From Octopus vulgaris (Eukaryota): DNA of 64,000 nucleotides. A program made the translations under genes and the position numbers. Under the pieces are notes generated by a model, which was not told the origin of the DNA, made no database searches, and saw only the letters and a list, made by a program, of their open reading frames with translations. Location of the stretch: assembly GCA_951406725.2 (NCBI GenBank), contig OX597833.1, positions 69,812,001 to 69,876,000 of the forward strand, in the 5' to 3' direction. Of this stretch, positions 1 to 13,840 are shown piece after piece (position 1 is the first letter of the stretch; every line of letters begins with the position of its first letter).

Positions 1-421
1 ACCCTCTCCTCCAAATTTTCAGGTCTTGTGCCTATAGTAGAAGGGGTTACTTTTTAATCATTGGTAAGATTAAACTGTTTTGTAAGGTTCCCATTTTGCA
101 GCTATGAGTACGATGTTTGTATCCCACTGTCTGGTATAAGGAGCCAACGCTCTGGCTTGAGCCATACCTTGGGGACAAACGGGTGCAGTTTTCTACTCCA
201 TAGATACCCATCGGTGGAATGTACTGGGAAATGAAATGATACAGTTTTGTTACACACTATACCATGCTGTCTCTGCTGGAGGGCTTCAAGTTAAAGGCAA
301 GTGCTCAGCAACTTACAGGATAGTATAAGGCAAGGAACATGTAGTTAAGTCACCCAAACACTTGAAACCCCATCGTCAAACGATGTGCATCGATCAGCAT
401 GTGAGAGCCTATGTGTGTGTA

Positions 422-479
<58 letters not shown>

Positions 480-535
480 GCTATCTATCTATCTATCTAT
501 CGATATCTATGTGTATATGTATATATATATATATA

Positions 536-782
536 TAATATTTCGTTTTTGGATTTGGTTTGCAAGATTCTTTATGTGAGTTCGTGTGTTGAAGCATATT
601 TTGTTGTGTCTGGGGAGAGTCATTTTCTTTTTGTGCCTTATAGTATAACACACTCATCGATAAAATTTCTAATTATTCTTTATTTTTATTATCCTAAAAT
701 AAGGAATAAGTAGAAATTTTACGGGTGAGTGTGTTAAATTATAAGGGCACAAAAAGAAAATGACTCTCCCCCTGACACAACC

Positions 783-783
<1 letters not shown>
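536..783. repeat. Asymmetric inverted-repeat element between (TA)n tracts (arms ~603-680 / ~701-781; left arm extends to ~536)
   Basis: gttgtgtctggggagagtcattttctttttgtgcc is the imperfect reverse complement of ggcacaaaaagaaaatgactctccccctgacacaac; a dispersed copy lies at 48693-48838. Confidence 0.8.
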
Positions 784-843
<60 letters not shown>

Positions 844-873
844 TCAAAATAAAAACATGATGCCAAGGATGAA

Positions 874-951
874 GCGGTACATATGTTTCGGGCCTTTATT
901 AGACGGATTTATAACAATACATAATGTGTGTCTATGGCCTTCTTCAGCCGC
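874..951 (-). ncRNA. Type I hammerhead ribozyme motif, family F1, in a ~115-bp element (842-956) within (TA)n
   Basis: Minus strand: GCGG-CUGAAGA-AGGCC..UAGAC..GUCUA..GGCCC-GAAA-CAUAUG-UA-CCGC; stem I GCGG/CCGC; stem III palindrome ACAUAUGU. Confidence 0.85.
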
Positions 952-952
952 G

Positions 953-1011
<59 letters not shown>

Positions 1012-1329
1012 AGTTGCACAACAGATATGAACTCACGGCTCTTGTCGTTGTTGGTTGAGTCCTGAACCACGTTTCCAGCTTTTTTGTCAAAATAGTTTCA
1101 AAGAATTGTTTAAAGATGAGGCATTGGTGTCGTGCAATCATTTGCAAATAAATGCGTTTGCTGTTTTTCTGAATGAAAAAAAAGAACAGAAAGCCGAAAC
1201 ATTTTCACTATATTGGTTCATCCAATTATCAATGTGGTGGTCATGTTTATGTTCATTAGAACGTAAAATTGGAAGTTTCATAAAACGATCGAAATCCCGA
1301 GTTTCATAATTAAAATGGCATTCATTCTG

Positions 1330-1344
1330 TTGTAGTTGATGTTG

Positions 1345-1377
<33 letters not shown>

Positions 1378-1600
1378 ACAGTAACGGTGCTAGTGTTGTT
1401 GAAGAAGTGTGACAGAAGCTGTGTGGCTGTTGTTTCTGAATGTGGTGGTGGTGATGATGGTGGTAATTGTGGCTGTTGTTGGTAGTGGTGATTGTGGACG
1501 TAATATTCTTGTTGGTTGTGGTGATGATGATTATGGTGGTAATGATAGAGACGGTGGTGGAGGTTATAGTAGTGGTGGTGGTGGTTCTTTTGTTAGTAAT
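1330..1600. repeat. Degenerate (GTT/GGT)n low-complexity tract
   Basis: Visible trinucleotide runs. Confidence 0.8.
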
Positions 1601-2335
1601 GGTCCTAGCACAAGCCTTATTTAATCTTTCCATGAACAATAGAGTTCCATCGTCAATGCAGCGCCAAATACATTATTTCATATTCTCTTCCTTTGTTAAA
1701 AGGTTAGACTGCTGTGTTTTTGAGGAGATTCGTCTGCTGCTATTATTTCTATCAACTCAAGCGACCATATTGAAACACCAATTTTTTTTTTCTTTCATTT
1801 TCTCGTGGAAATATCGGTATTAATTGATAGCGCAACTCCGGGATATCATAAACAAGTTTTCACAATTTTTGTCATTTTTAGAGATCATTAAACAGTTCCA
1901 AAGTTTTATTTTCCAACTGACAAAATATTCCGTAACCTTTTATGCTGTAAACTAAATATGCAGAGGTAAATATTTGCGAGATAACGCAGGGTAAAACCTA
2001 AAAGAAATTAAAATTGCTAAAAACAGCAGCTAAATTTCACCACCTGGTGCTATGATGACTATTAAACGAGTAGGGACTTACTACAAAATATAGTTCTAGG
2101 TATGGTGTACATTAACGAGGATGGTGTACCTTAACAAGGCGATATGTATTCTCATGTTATTTTTGCCCCTCGTATTTATAAAGTGTTTGCAAGCTTGTAT
2201 ACTTATGTATATACATACGTGTGTGTATGTGCGTCCGCGTGTATGTATATATGTGTGTGTGTGTGTTTGTGTGTGCATGTATGCATATATATATAAATGT
2301 TTATGTATGGATTTGCATGTGTATACATAACTATG

Positions 2336-2398
<63 letters not shown>

Positions 2399-2438
2399 AT
2401 CTATCGATCTACAAATGCACACGCAATATATATATATA

Positions 2439-2469
<31 letters not shown>

Positions 2470-2477
2470 TATTCATG

Positions 2478-2516
<39 letters not shown>

Positions 2517-2879
2517 CATACATATGCTCAGCATGAACTACCTGTCTTCTTCTTAATTATAATGAGTCATGTAGCGTAAATGATCTGAACCACACAGATC
2601 TTTCCACTTCCAGGTATTTCCTAATATCTGCCTGTTTGTTCAACGATAGAGTATTAAAACCATAAATACACTTGTCCCGTAAAAATATTCAATGAATTCT
2701 ATAAGAATTATAGCTTTGGTCAAAGAATTTTATTATTGAAAGCTCATTATTGCGACAAGAGAAACATGCTTTCCAGATCTGAAGGACATTATGGCCAGAT
2801 CAGGTTGTGAATTCCTTGTTAGATTTTCATAAGCCGGGAACACTGGTTCTAATCTTCATACAAAAATGTCTTATGCCCA

Positions 2880-2981
<102 letters not shown>

Positions 2982-3012
2982 AAGTTATTCTAAGTTATAT
3001 ATATATATATAT

Positions 3013-3132
3013 AGGCGCAGGCTGTGTGGTAAGTACCTTCTACTATAGCCTCGGTCCACCCGAGGTCTTCTGTGTGGATTTGGTAGACGGAAACTGAAAG
3101 AAGTCCGTCGTATATATATATATGTATGTATG

Positions 3133-3167
<35 letters not shown>

Positions 3168-3314
3168 ATATGTATGTATGTATGACTGTATACCCCAACA
3201 TCGTTCAGAAACGATGCTAGTGTGTTTATGTCCCCGTAACTTAGCGGTTCGGCAAGGAGACCATAGAATGAATACTAATCTTACAAAGAATAAGTCATGG
3301 GGCGATCTGCTGGA

Positions 3315-3318
<4 letters not shown>
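3013..3318 (+). mobile_element. SINE family B (internal (TA)n), copy with a deleted head
   Basis: Shares ggatttggtagacggaaactgaaagaag and ccccgtaacttagcggttcggcaa with the copies at 21297, 48203 and 50412. Confidence 0.75.
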
Positions 3319-3364
<46 letters not shown>

Positions 3365-3434
3365 ATGTACATATACTTTTACTCCTTTTACTTTTATTTG
3401 TTTCAGTCATTTGACTTCGGCCATATTGGAGCAC

Positions 3435-3598
3435 CGTTCTGAATTCAAATTTCGCCGAGGTCTTCTTTGCCTTTCATCCTTTCGGGGTCGATAAATTAAG
3501 TACCAGTTACGCACTGGGATTGATATATTCGACTTAATCCGTTTGTCTGTCCTTGTTTGTCCCCTCTGTGTGTAGCCCCTTGTGTGTAGTAAAGAAAC
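3435..3598 (+). mobile_element. SINE family A, 5'-truncated, fused to a minus-strand family B tail (3375-3435)
   Basis: ttcaaatttcgccgaggtc..gcctttcatcctttcggggtcgataaattaagtaccag matches the 16553 copy. Confidence 0.8.
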
Positions 3599-5177
3599 AT
3601 ATATATACTTATATATATATATATATATATATATGTTTGTGTGTGTGTGTGTATGTGCATGTGTGTGTGTATGTGTGTTTGTTTGACTGTAGGGATTCGA
3701 TTGAATGTGGTTATATGTAAAATAACTACTCTTGTATTTAATTAATGAATTGGTTCCCTGCAAGTCACAAGCTTAATAAATATGACAAGAGAGGAACTTT
3801 ATATATAGGGAAACATTAATTTTATTGATAGACAATACGTAACAGAAATCCAGAGAGCGAGAAGAGAAGACGAAGAATATGTTTTGTTTTTTTATTTTCT
3901 TCTAAACCGCTTTCGATGATACTTCCACTCTAGCTGAACGTATTTTTAATACGTTCGTTAGAATATCTCATTATATATTCATAAGTAAATTAATCTATCC
4001 AAAATCCTAGAATGTTATTTCCATATGACACCCGAAGCAAGAATTGTGAAGTGAGTGTTGGACAAGCGGAGAGTTGCAAAACAATAGGCAAAAACAAAAG
4101 GAACTCTCAATACATTTTACTCGGCATAAAGCTGGATGTTTTCTCATAATTCATTACATTAATTCGTATTTAATGAATGTTCAAATTAAGCTGACCTCGA
4201 AGCATTTGGTAGACAATTTCATATAATTGTTTCTCAAAATCTTTGCTTGATTGTGTGTCCCAAAGCGTAGAAAACAAATTTAATTTAGTAAATCATATTT
4301 TGTTTCTTTTATATTTTTTAATCATTAACTTCTCTCTTAAAAGGTTCTTAATGTGAAATACTTTTCAGAAAACTTATCAGATTATTAATGTAATTCCAGA
4401 TTGTTTTTCTCTTTGTTTGATTTGTTGTTTTTTTTTCTATTTTCAAATGTAATTTTATTTTACATTTTCATTTTTGCTTCTTGCATTTGCTTTTTAGTTT
4501 CAAGATAGTACTTAAAACATTTTATTAACAATAAGTTACAGGATTCACTCAATCACACTGAAAATAGAAAACTTTTGTGGAAAATAACGAGTTTTTTAAC
4601 CTGCGGTCTTAGATTTTCTTTACTTTTGGATCGATTCATTTGAATTAAAATGGTGGTTTGACGTTTAAACAAAATATTTGACAAATCTTTAAGGAGCCTA
4701 TGTCTTACTGAGGCATTGTATCAATAGGATATAACAATAAATCATGTGTTTACTGAAGGCTATTCATCAAGTGACAAGTAGTCTTCTCTTGTTAAATATA
4801 GCGGTGTCCGTTATGAAATGCCCCACACATGTCAGAAACTCGAGCCACATGTCAAAGGGCCATTTCCAAACCGACGTTCATCGCTTGAAATGATACTCAC
4901 GATATAAATTGAGATAGATTGTTATACGCAGCATTTTATCCGATTTCATGCCGTTCATTTAGAATAATTAGACTTAACTTTGAAATATTAATTTCATTGT
5001 ATCTCCTCGGCATTATATGTCATCACCAACCAAATTTGGCATGCGTCATATGTATAAAAACACAATATGTTTAAAATAGCAATCTATGTATTACACTCAA
5101 CGTCATAACGCCGCTCTCATACATGGTTCCGATTTTTTTCTTAGGAAAATTTATTCATAAACATGATGTGTTAAAAA

Positions 5178-5231
<54 letters not shown>

Positions 5232-5275
5232 TATTCATACAATACATCAGTAAGACACAGGCTCCTTAGAGATTT

Positions 5276-5618
5276 GTGAAGGCACATGGCTCAGTGGTTA
5301 GAGTGTCGGGCTCACAATCAAGTCGTGAGTTCGATTGTTGGACTGGGCTGTGTGTTGTGTCCTTGATCAAGACAGTTTATTTCATGTTGCTCCAGTTCAC
5401 TCAGCTGTAGAAATAAGTTGCGACGTCACTGGTGCCAAGCTGTATCGGCCCCTTTACCTTTCCCTTGGATAACGTCTGTGATGAGGAGAGGAGAGGCCGG
5501 TATGAATGGGCGACTGCTGATGTTCCGTAAACAACCTTGCTTGGACTTGTGTCTGGGAGGGGTAATTTCTTGGTGCAATCTCATGGTCATTCATGACCGG
5601 AGGGGGTATTTACCCTTA
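5276..5618 (+). mobile_element. tRNA-derived SINE family C
   Basis: A box tggctcagtgg, B box gagttcgatt; high similarity to 46269-46609. Confidence 0.85.
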
Positions 5619-6164
5619 TATATATAACTACTTCCCCGAAGTACATCCGAATAAAATATTTTCTCAAACTGCACAGTTACACCGAGGTGAATAAAAGGTC
5701 GGTATTAGCAATAAAGTCACCATTAAATGGAAATAACTATTTGTGTATTATACCTAACGTATATACACAGTTGCTAAGCATGTTGTTGAGATTTTAATCA
5801 CCGAGAAAAAATCATTTCATAAATATGTAGTGCTAAAATCACTATATATATATCCGAGCGAGACGAACATCGTCGAAGCCGTGATTTATGAGGCTCAAGG
5901 AAAACGCCACAGCATATTATATTATGAAATATCAAAATACTGATGGATGATCACGTTTTTATTGGCCAAAATTATATCCCTATGTTGAAATTTGGATGAC
6001 AAGAAGCTAAACCGGGAGCCTCTACTTATTAGGCTCTCCTGTTTGATAAAGAAGCTATGTCACTCTCTCAAAATTTCACACTGCAATTTTAAATATAAAA
6101 GTAACTAAATATTAAATTATCCTTTCTACTGTAGCCTGAAATCTTACGAGAGTGGGGCTAATCG

Positions 6165-6553
6165 ATTATATCGGCCCCAGTACTCAGCTGCTTTTTTCTT
6201 TTATCGATTTTGAAAGGATAAAAGGCAAGGTCGACCTCGGCAGAATTTGAACTTAGAACGTAAAGGTAGACGAAATGCCGCTAAGTATTTTCTCCGACGT
6301 GCTAAGGATTCTGTCTGTTCACCGCCTCAGGATGTACCTTAGGCAATTCTTTCATTCTAGTTTAGACAAGAGGCATGGAATTTATGCGGAGGGGGCAACA
6401 TTGACCCCACAGCTGAACACCTACTTTTTTCATTGATCCCGAAAGGATGAAAAATAAAGTCGACATCCTGGAGATTTGAATTCAGAATGTAAAGTCTGGC
6501 GAAATACCGTTCAGCATTCTGTTCGGTTTGCTACGGTTCTGCTAGCTCGCAGC
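6165..6553 (-). mobile_element. Two older SINE family A copies (6165-6327, 6400-6553)
   Basis: gtcgacctcggcagaatttgaact / cccgaaaggatgaaa motifs. Confidence 0.7.
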
Positions 6554-7199
6554 CTGGGTATATACATTAGATAATGGACTCCGATAAAACTATTTTTGAA
6601 ATAAAAGTTAGACGGTCACGGTTGGATAGCCTCTGATCTTAGATCTGCTCATTCATATCTAACATGGAGATAAACAACGATAATATCAGCAACAACAACA
6701 ACAACAACAACAACAACAGCAGCAGCAGCAGCAGTAGCGATTGCGTTAAAAACTCCTACACATCCCGACAACTGATGGACATTTTCAAAACATTTTCCTT
6801 CAGACGTAATAACAATGAAATCTTTGCAATGTTATTCCCAAATAAAAACACTCAGATTTCCTGATGTGTATAGGATGTGATAAACTGTTGTAGACAGGCG
6901 TGACTTATTTAATTAGTACCGAGTGTCTCCATACACACGTTACGCAAACACATTTAAGTGGCCAGATTATATTGTCGACAACGCTCAGTAAGATATTTTG
7001 GATGGTTGCCGGTCATCGCAGTGTACAGCGGCCATTAAAACCACTCATCGCTTGCCAAGAAACATCGCTCACTAAACCCAACATAATTTACTGAAGTGTA
7101 AAACTTTAACAACTTTACTGATGTCCATGTACAATGATGTAATGTACTACTTAGGCAATAAAATGTTGTACCTAGCACGTACACGCACACACACACTTA

Positions 7200-7586
7200 T
7201 ATACACACATACATAGACACATACACACATATATATTGTGTAAGTGAGTGTGTGTGTGTGTGGATAGATGTATGTATCTCTGTTCGTGTATGTATATATA
7301 TATATATATAATGTATATATATATAAAGTATGTATATATAAACATACATATATACTATTTTATAAACACACACACATATATATATGTATATATAAACTTA
7401 CAAATATACTATTATGTATGATATACCCGTATATGAACATACATATACTATTATGTATATACATAGATATATGTGTGTTTATATATATAAACATACGCAT
7501 ATAATATATATATATATATATACATATATTATATATATATATATGATATATATATGACATATATATATATATATATATATATAATG

Positions 7587-7618
<32 letters not shown>

Positions 7619-7693
7619 TATAAATATATACATATATATATATATATATATACATGTACATATACATATACATATATATAAATATATACATAT

Positions 7694-7757
<64 letters not shown>

Positions 7758-7770
7758 TATAAATATATAC

Positions 7771-7827
<57 letters not shown>

Positions 7828-7840
7828 TATCAAGAGAGTG

Positions 7841-7885
<45 letters not shown>

Positions 7886-7920
7886 AGAGATGCTTACAAA
7901 CATATATATATATATATAAA
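7200..7920. repeat. Compound (TA/CA/GA)n microsatellite with internal duplications
   Basis: Direct inspection. Confidence 0.9.
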
Positions 7921-8373
7921 TTAATGCCATTAGGAATCTATGCAAAAAGGACATTATTAAATACCACACACTTATAACATTAGAGACGTAATATAATAGC
8001 TGTATCTGACGTAGATTTGTATCCGAAAACAACATTACGCAGATAAATATATGTTTTGCCTTCTCCCACTCTCTCTCTCTCATCTAGATACCCTGATAGA
8101 AACGAATGTGTGTGTGTGTGTCTATGTGTATCTATGATTGTGTATGATTGTGGGTATTTGTTAAAGGGATGAACTTGTCTTACGAAATCTTACCTATTCG
8201 TCAACAAAAAAAAGCATTACTGTGAAATGTGTTACATTTACAGAAAAGATAATATTTCAACTGAACGTAATGGTGTTTATTTATCAAATACAAGCTTTTT
8301 AACTCTCGCGGGTCAGTAACCTTAACACACAAAATTGCTCGCATGTACACGCATATAAATACACTTATATAAG

Positions 8374-8441
<68 letters not shown>

Positions 8442-8469
8442 AGTATGTACACTGATACGTCTATGTATA

Positions 8470-8608
8470 TACAGATGGATAGATAGAAAAATAGATAAAC
8501 GGACGGACAGACAGATAGAAGGATAGATAGATAAATAGATAGACAGACAGGCAGACAGATAGATAGATAGATAGATAGATAAAAAGACAGACAGACAGAG
8601 AGATAGAC

Positions 8609-8705
<97 letters not shown>
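8470..8705. repeat. (GATA/GACA)n microsatellite
   Basis: Direct inspection. Confidence 0.95.
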
Positions 8706-10003
8706 CGTTTGTATTTATTTCTGTATTTATTTCACTTCGCAATGTTTTCTCGTATTGTTTTAAATACACCTTTTAAATTATTCTCAAAGATTGTCCATCC
8801 TCTATGTGGTCGCTTATCATGCTAGAAATATCTGGCAACAAAGGAAGAATTAAAGTCTTCCACACTCTATCTGTGCCACTATCTGAACATGTTTTAGCAG
8901 CATTATTTCATTAAATGATTGATATTTAAAACAGAATCAAGTTTGTGAAAGAAGAGCGTGCAGTAAAAAATCTTGCACCAAAGAAGCAACAAAAAGCGGC
9001 GAGTGAAAAGAAAGGAGAGTCCTTTTCTCCAAAATGGCAGAAAAGAGGTAAAGCAGTGCAGAGTGTAACAACAGTGACGGGGCCCATGATAGTGCGGATG
9101 ATACGGAGGAAGGAGCTGCCGTGTGCAGCTATCTGCAAAAGATTCTGGCGATTGGTTGAAGATCCTTTGCGATGATGATGTTTGCCTCCCCCCACCGCCG
9201 GTATAGAAAATGGATCAAATTTACGAGGGAAAATCTCATCTAATTTTTTTTTAAATTAATTTTATAAAATTTCATATTTGTGAGTGACTTTTGGCCCACC
9301 CATCAAAATTTTGACACAATTCCGATATGTTTTCTCGGCATGTTCTAAATGTGTCTGTGTCTGTGTGTGTGTGTGTGTGTATTGTTGTATGTCGAGATAA
9401 TCATTTTCTTCTTTTTGCCAAATAAACACACGCACTATATATTTGTTCTTCACTCGTTTATTACTGTTGTTATTTAAACTCATGTCCATTGTCCGGAAGT
9501 ATTTCGTCACCCATCTGCAGCGACACTTTTCGTTTTCTCGTGTGCTCTTGCTCCACTTACACCATTCTGCTCTTCTATGATGTGCGCATGAGTTTGCGTC
9601 CATTATTGTGCATGTGTGTGTGTGTGTGCGCTTGTGTATGTGTGCCGTTGTTCTTAACAAAAGTACGTCCTTCCCCTCAGCCCCATCCTCTCATTCCATT
9701 GTGCTGCTACTGTCCTAGGATCTGAAAATTTGGTACAGTACCAGTAGTAGTAATTGTTGTTGTTGTTATTGCCATCGTTGTCATCGCCGCTGCTGCTGTC
9801 ATTGTTGTTAATCGTGTTGTTGATAGCGTTGCACCCACGTGTGTGTGTGTGTGATGATCATTAGAAAATAATGTTTGCAGCTAGGACTTGCATCAATTCA
9901 AAAAAAGGGACAGTAGTGATAAATGCCATTTTCTCCGAAGTTAGACTTTATAGCTCTATTCATTCAGAAGGAGTTGAATTCTTCTACCTGAGACGACGTT
10001 ATA

Positions 10004-10515
10004 TCTATATATATAAAACTGTAGTTGTGTGAGTGTCTGTCCCCTTCGATTTAGATTCCTAACTACTCCCACATTTTGCGGTGCAGTTTAACCAAATTCG
10101 GGTATCTTATAGTCGTGATTCATATCGAGCCCGTCTGAGTATTAGCGCGCGTCTACGATGAGTCTACGATTTTAAAAATAATTTAACATAATTTTTTATT
10201 CCATTTTAATGCATAATTTTTCGTGTGTCGAAGGCGGCGGAGTTGGCGTCCATGGTCACACCTGCACCTGTTTGCTTCTCCCCCTTCTTCCCTCCCTCGT
10301 GAAGCTGTGGGGAAGGGAGTGTAAGGAAATCAACGTCGTAAAGCGTTGTGAAGGAGACCAGCGTTCTTTTAGAACAACGACTTCATGGCTTGAAGACACC
10401 AAAACAGAAATGGCTAAGAAAGCCCGAATTGGCATCTATAAGGGAAGTAACTCTCTAAAAATGCTTATATAGTTATTTCCCTTACAAACCGAGCAACGCC
10501 GGGCGATACTGCTAT
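10004..10515 (+). mobile_element. Non-autonomous Helitron-like element
   Basis: 5' TC (a|tctatatatataaaa); subterminal hairpin ccgagcaacgccggg; 3' CTAT (cf. CTAG) followed by T; A|T target with no TSD. Confidence 0.7.
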
Positions 10516-11360
10516 TTCCATATATTTCACTCTGCAGCATACACATTCCGAAAAATCTCTTCAAAGAATAGATAAGAAATTTGATAATAATCCTACATTC
10601 AATGTTATTGTAAATTTATTCAAAAAAGATGAAGAAAGAATTGAAACCGTGTTTATGTCAGGATATATAAGAAATTCATAGCAGGTATTCCAAACTATCC
10701 CATTTCTCTTACTATATAACACCTGAAATATTTTGATCTATAACCAGGCCTCTTGTTCTTTTTATAAACGACTTTGGTGTCACAAATATGTGATGTTTAC
10801 GTTATTGTACAACCATTTCTAAGCCGTTCTTAGCTTATCTAAAACTATCCTCATTTGTTTGGGTTTTTTTCTTTTTTTTTTTTTTTTTTTCTGATTCTCT
10901 TAATTCAATATTCTGACTTCTTTTGCACCATCTATCTAAATTTAGAAATTTGTTCGAACTTACATCATAAATAATAAAGGTGCAGCTATTATCTGCAGCT
11001 ATTGCAGCTACGGTTGTATGCAAGCTACTAAAAGATTAATGTAGCCGATGTCTTCCTGATATCTATTTGTTGTTTTTCACAGAAAACACGTTTTTATGAC
11101 ATGAAATTCTATTTTAGGATTTTTATGAATAAAAGCGAGGTGGCGATGGACAATAGCTATGAAGAACGATCAAGGTTATATTATCACAAAGATTGTAGAG
11201 GTTAATTTCCTGTTGTAGTTAATCGCATGAAAATAATATTTAATTGTGAGTTAACTTCTGAGAGTACGGTGATGTTTAGTAATATAGACACATGTTTGCA
11301 ATAGTCTTCCTTCGATGTCAAAAGTCTTTCAATAACAACCCTTCTGATACTAACCAGCCA

Positions 11361-11530
11361 GTGCAATTTCCAGTTTTGGTGCAAATTTCCAGTATTGGTG
11401 CAAATTTCCAGTATTGGTGCAAATTTCCAGTTTTGGTGCAAATTTCCAGTATTGGTGCAAATTTCCAGTATTGGTGCAAATTTCCAGTTTTGGTGCAAAT
11501 TTCCAGTTTTGTTGGAAATTTCCAGTTTTG
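11361..11530. repeat. 19-bp minisatellite (ggtgcaaatttccagtWtt) x~9
   Basis: Direct tandem units, no spacers. Confidence 0.95.
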
Positions 11531-11949
11531 AAATGATCTAAATTAGTACCTTTCATTAAGGTGCCATCTAGATTTATACTTCAAACACCAACTTAATAAT
11601 GATGCATTTTTTAAAGGCACATTTCATTATAACAGAAATAAGGTAACACAAATGTTAATGATGTAACGAATATTGCCTTTTCCTTACCGCATAATTATTT
11701 CTAATTCAACATTTGACGCTCATTTTAATAAATGTTGCGGTACTAATTTAACTATTGTTTTCTTCGTAGAGTTGGCATCCCGAAGGGAAAGATTTCTACA
11801 ATATCTTTTTAAAATTTAATTTTTACACCTTCTCGTGGGCAATGATCAACATCTATATATGGCCTCTCTGATTACACCCTTCGCTGAAAAATCCTTAATC
11901 AGATTGAACTGTATACAGAATTATCCTCCGTACTAGCTGAAACGATTGA

Positions 11950-13350
11950 TCTGTTATTAATGATTGACCTTTTGACGTATTTTCCCTACTGCATTTAGAT
12001 TTCTTACTAGATTTGTTGTCATTTCATCAAATATGCTGAAAATAGTAATTACATAGTTTACATTTAAGTTTTGTAAATCGTATGGTAATTAAAATTAAAT
12101 TCCAGCTAAGACACGATCACAATCCTTAACAAAGTGCCTACAGAAAAACTGGACAACCCACTTAAGTCTTTACTTAACAACGCAGAATATAAAACCGAAC
12201 ACATCCTAAAAGCAATCTCGCTACTTGAAACATTTCTCCTCACAGCCATTATTTGATTGATACCACATTTCACTTTATGACAGCTACACTGCACGGACTG
12301 TTCATTCGCTCAGCAATACTTAGGCAAGGAGATTCTTAAGGACATTAATTCACAGCTCGATATTAAGTACCAACTGATTGCTGTTATGTACATCTATCCA
12401 TGACAATTCGCCGGAGACAAACACGCATGATTTAATGGATACAACCCAAAGGAGTAAACCAAGAGAGTAAATCGAAATATGCCATGGGCAAAATTGTAGG
12501 GGTTTTTTTTAAAATTAATATCTCAATGTGACAATGTGACAATGGAATTAAACCCGTTTCTGTTCTACTTAGTTTCAGGAATGTCCCTTTTCAGTGACCA
12601 ACAATAATCAGCCAACATAGAAAAGCTCCACTTTATTTGGTACCGGGTTTCCATGTTCAGAATTCAAATACATGAATCTTTTGCCAGTCCTGTCCACACC
12701 TTTCACTGAATTCTTCATCAACGCTTATTATACAAAGGAAACAAATAAATTTTCTCAGAATCAACAATGGGGGGTGGGGATTGACGACATTCTTCTGTCC
12801 AGGATTCAGAGATCGTTTCGGTCATACATTCTTTTCATAATGATTTTTTTCTCATCCCGACTGTCCCACTCATAGAGAAAGCAACAAAAATTGGTGTAAC
12901 CCAGCTGCAATCCAAGTAAAAGTACCTCAAACTTTAGGTCACCACAAATATCCCACTTATGTTCTTCATACTTAATCTTTTTGCAACAGAAGTTTCATAC
13001 ACTCATATGTTTCCCTTACGTTAGTTGCATTGGCCAGAGGAACAGAAGGAAACTTATTTCCATTCTGGAGTTAAACTGCTTTCAAGCTTACTTTTGAGCA
13101 GTCAATAAACAAAAGCCATTCATTCGTTCGAATAATAGTTCGAATGAGTGGAGTTCGTTTATTGACTGACCAAAAGTTGTGCTCAAGTTCCTCCATAACA
13201 GAATATACAACATTAGAAAACACCATACGATCTTCAATTCAGAAAAATATACAAATTCACAATGCCGAGCACGATAAAAACTAACTGTGGTCTCTTTCTG
13301 GAGAGGATTCCAGCGCTTTAAGTCAACCTTCATGGACTCATTGACTCAGA
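11950..13350 (-). pseudogene. Possible very ancient CR1-like LINE RT remnant
   Basis: Only scattered weak motif echoes on the minus strand (PEWK..VP; NQLVLN; RRNVSS..LYSALL); no intact frame. Confidence 0.25.
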
Positions 13351-13809
13351 TAGCTGTATTTATGATTTCATTAGTTTAATTCTATTCATAAACATTTAAA
13401 TTAGGTGTATTCTTTTTAAACTGTTAGTTTCACATTTCAACATCTGAACTGAAATTTAGCCCACGTAACAGTAACTGAGAGGGATATCGTGGAACAGAGA
13501 AACTGTGGGTGATACAGATAATTTGACCAGTCTTATTAATAATTTATGACTAATATGTTCCCTCGAAATACATCGTAAGTTATTTTAAATTGAATTATAA
13601 ATTGAAAAGATTGGCTGTTCAGACACAGAATCATTTATGAATATAAAGATGGACGCATTACGCTTTAGATCATAGAGCTGTACGATCGAGTCAGGCTAGG
13701 GGCCAAACTAAAACGATAGTTTAAAAGCAAGTAACTGAATCATTATAACCAGAACAAAAAATTACTCTGGGCCGTATGGACATTGACACGTACATACAAA
13801 TACACACAG

Positions 13810-13840
<31 letters not shown>

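Noticed and set aside
7999-8042. CUGACG..GAU/AUC..GAAA look-alike (similar weak hits near 21050, 36566, 55715)
   Set aside because: Multiple core or stem defects; compatible with chance
11361-11530. CRISPR-like regular repeat
   Set aside because: No unique spacers; eukaryotic context
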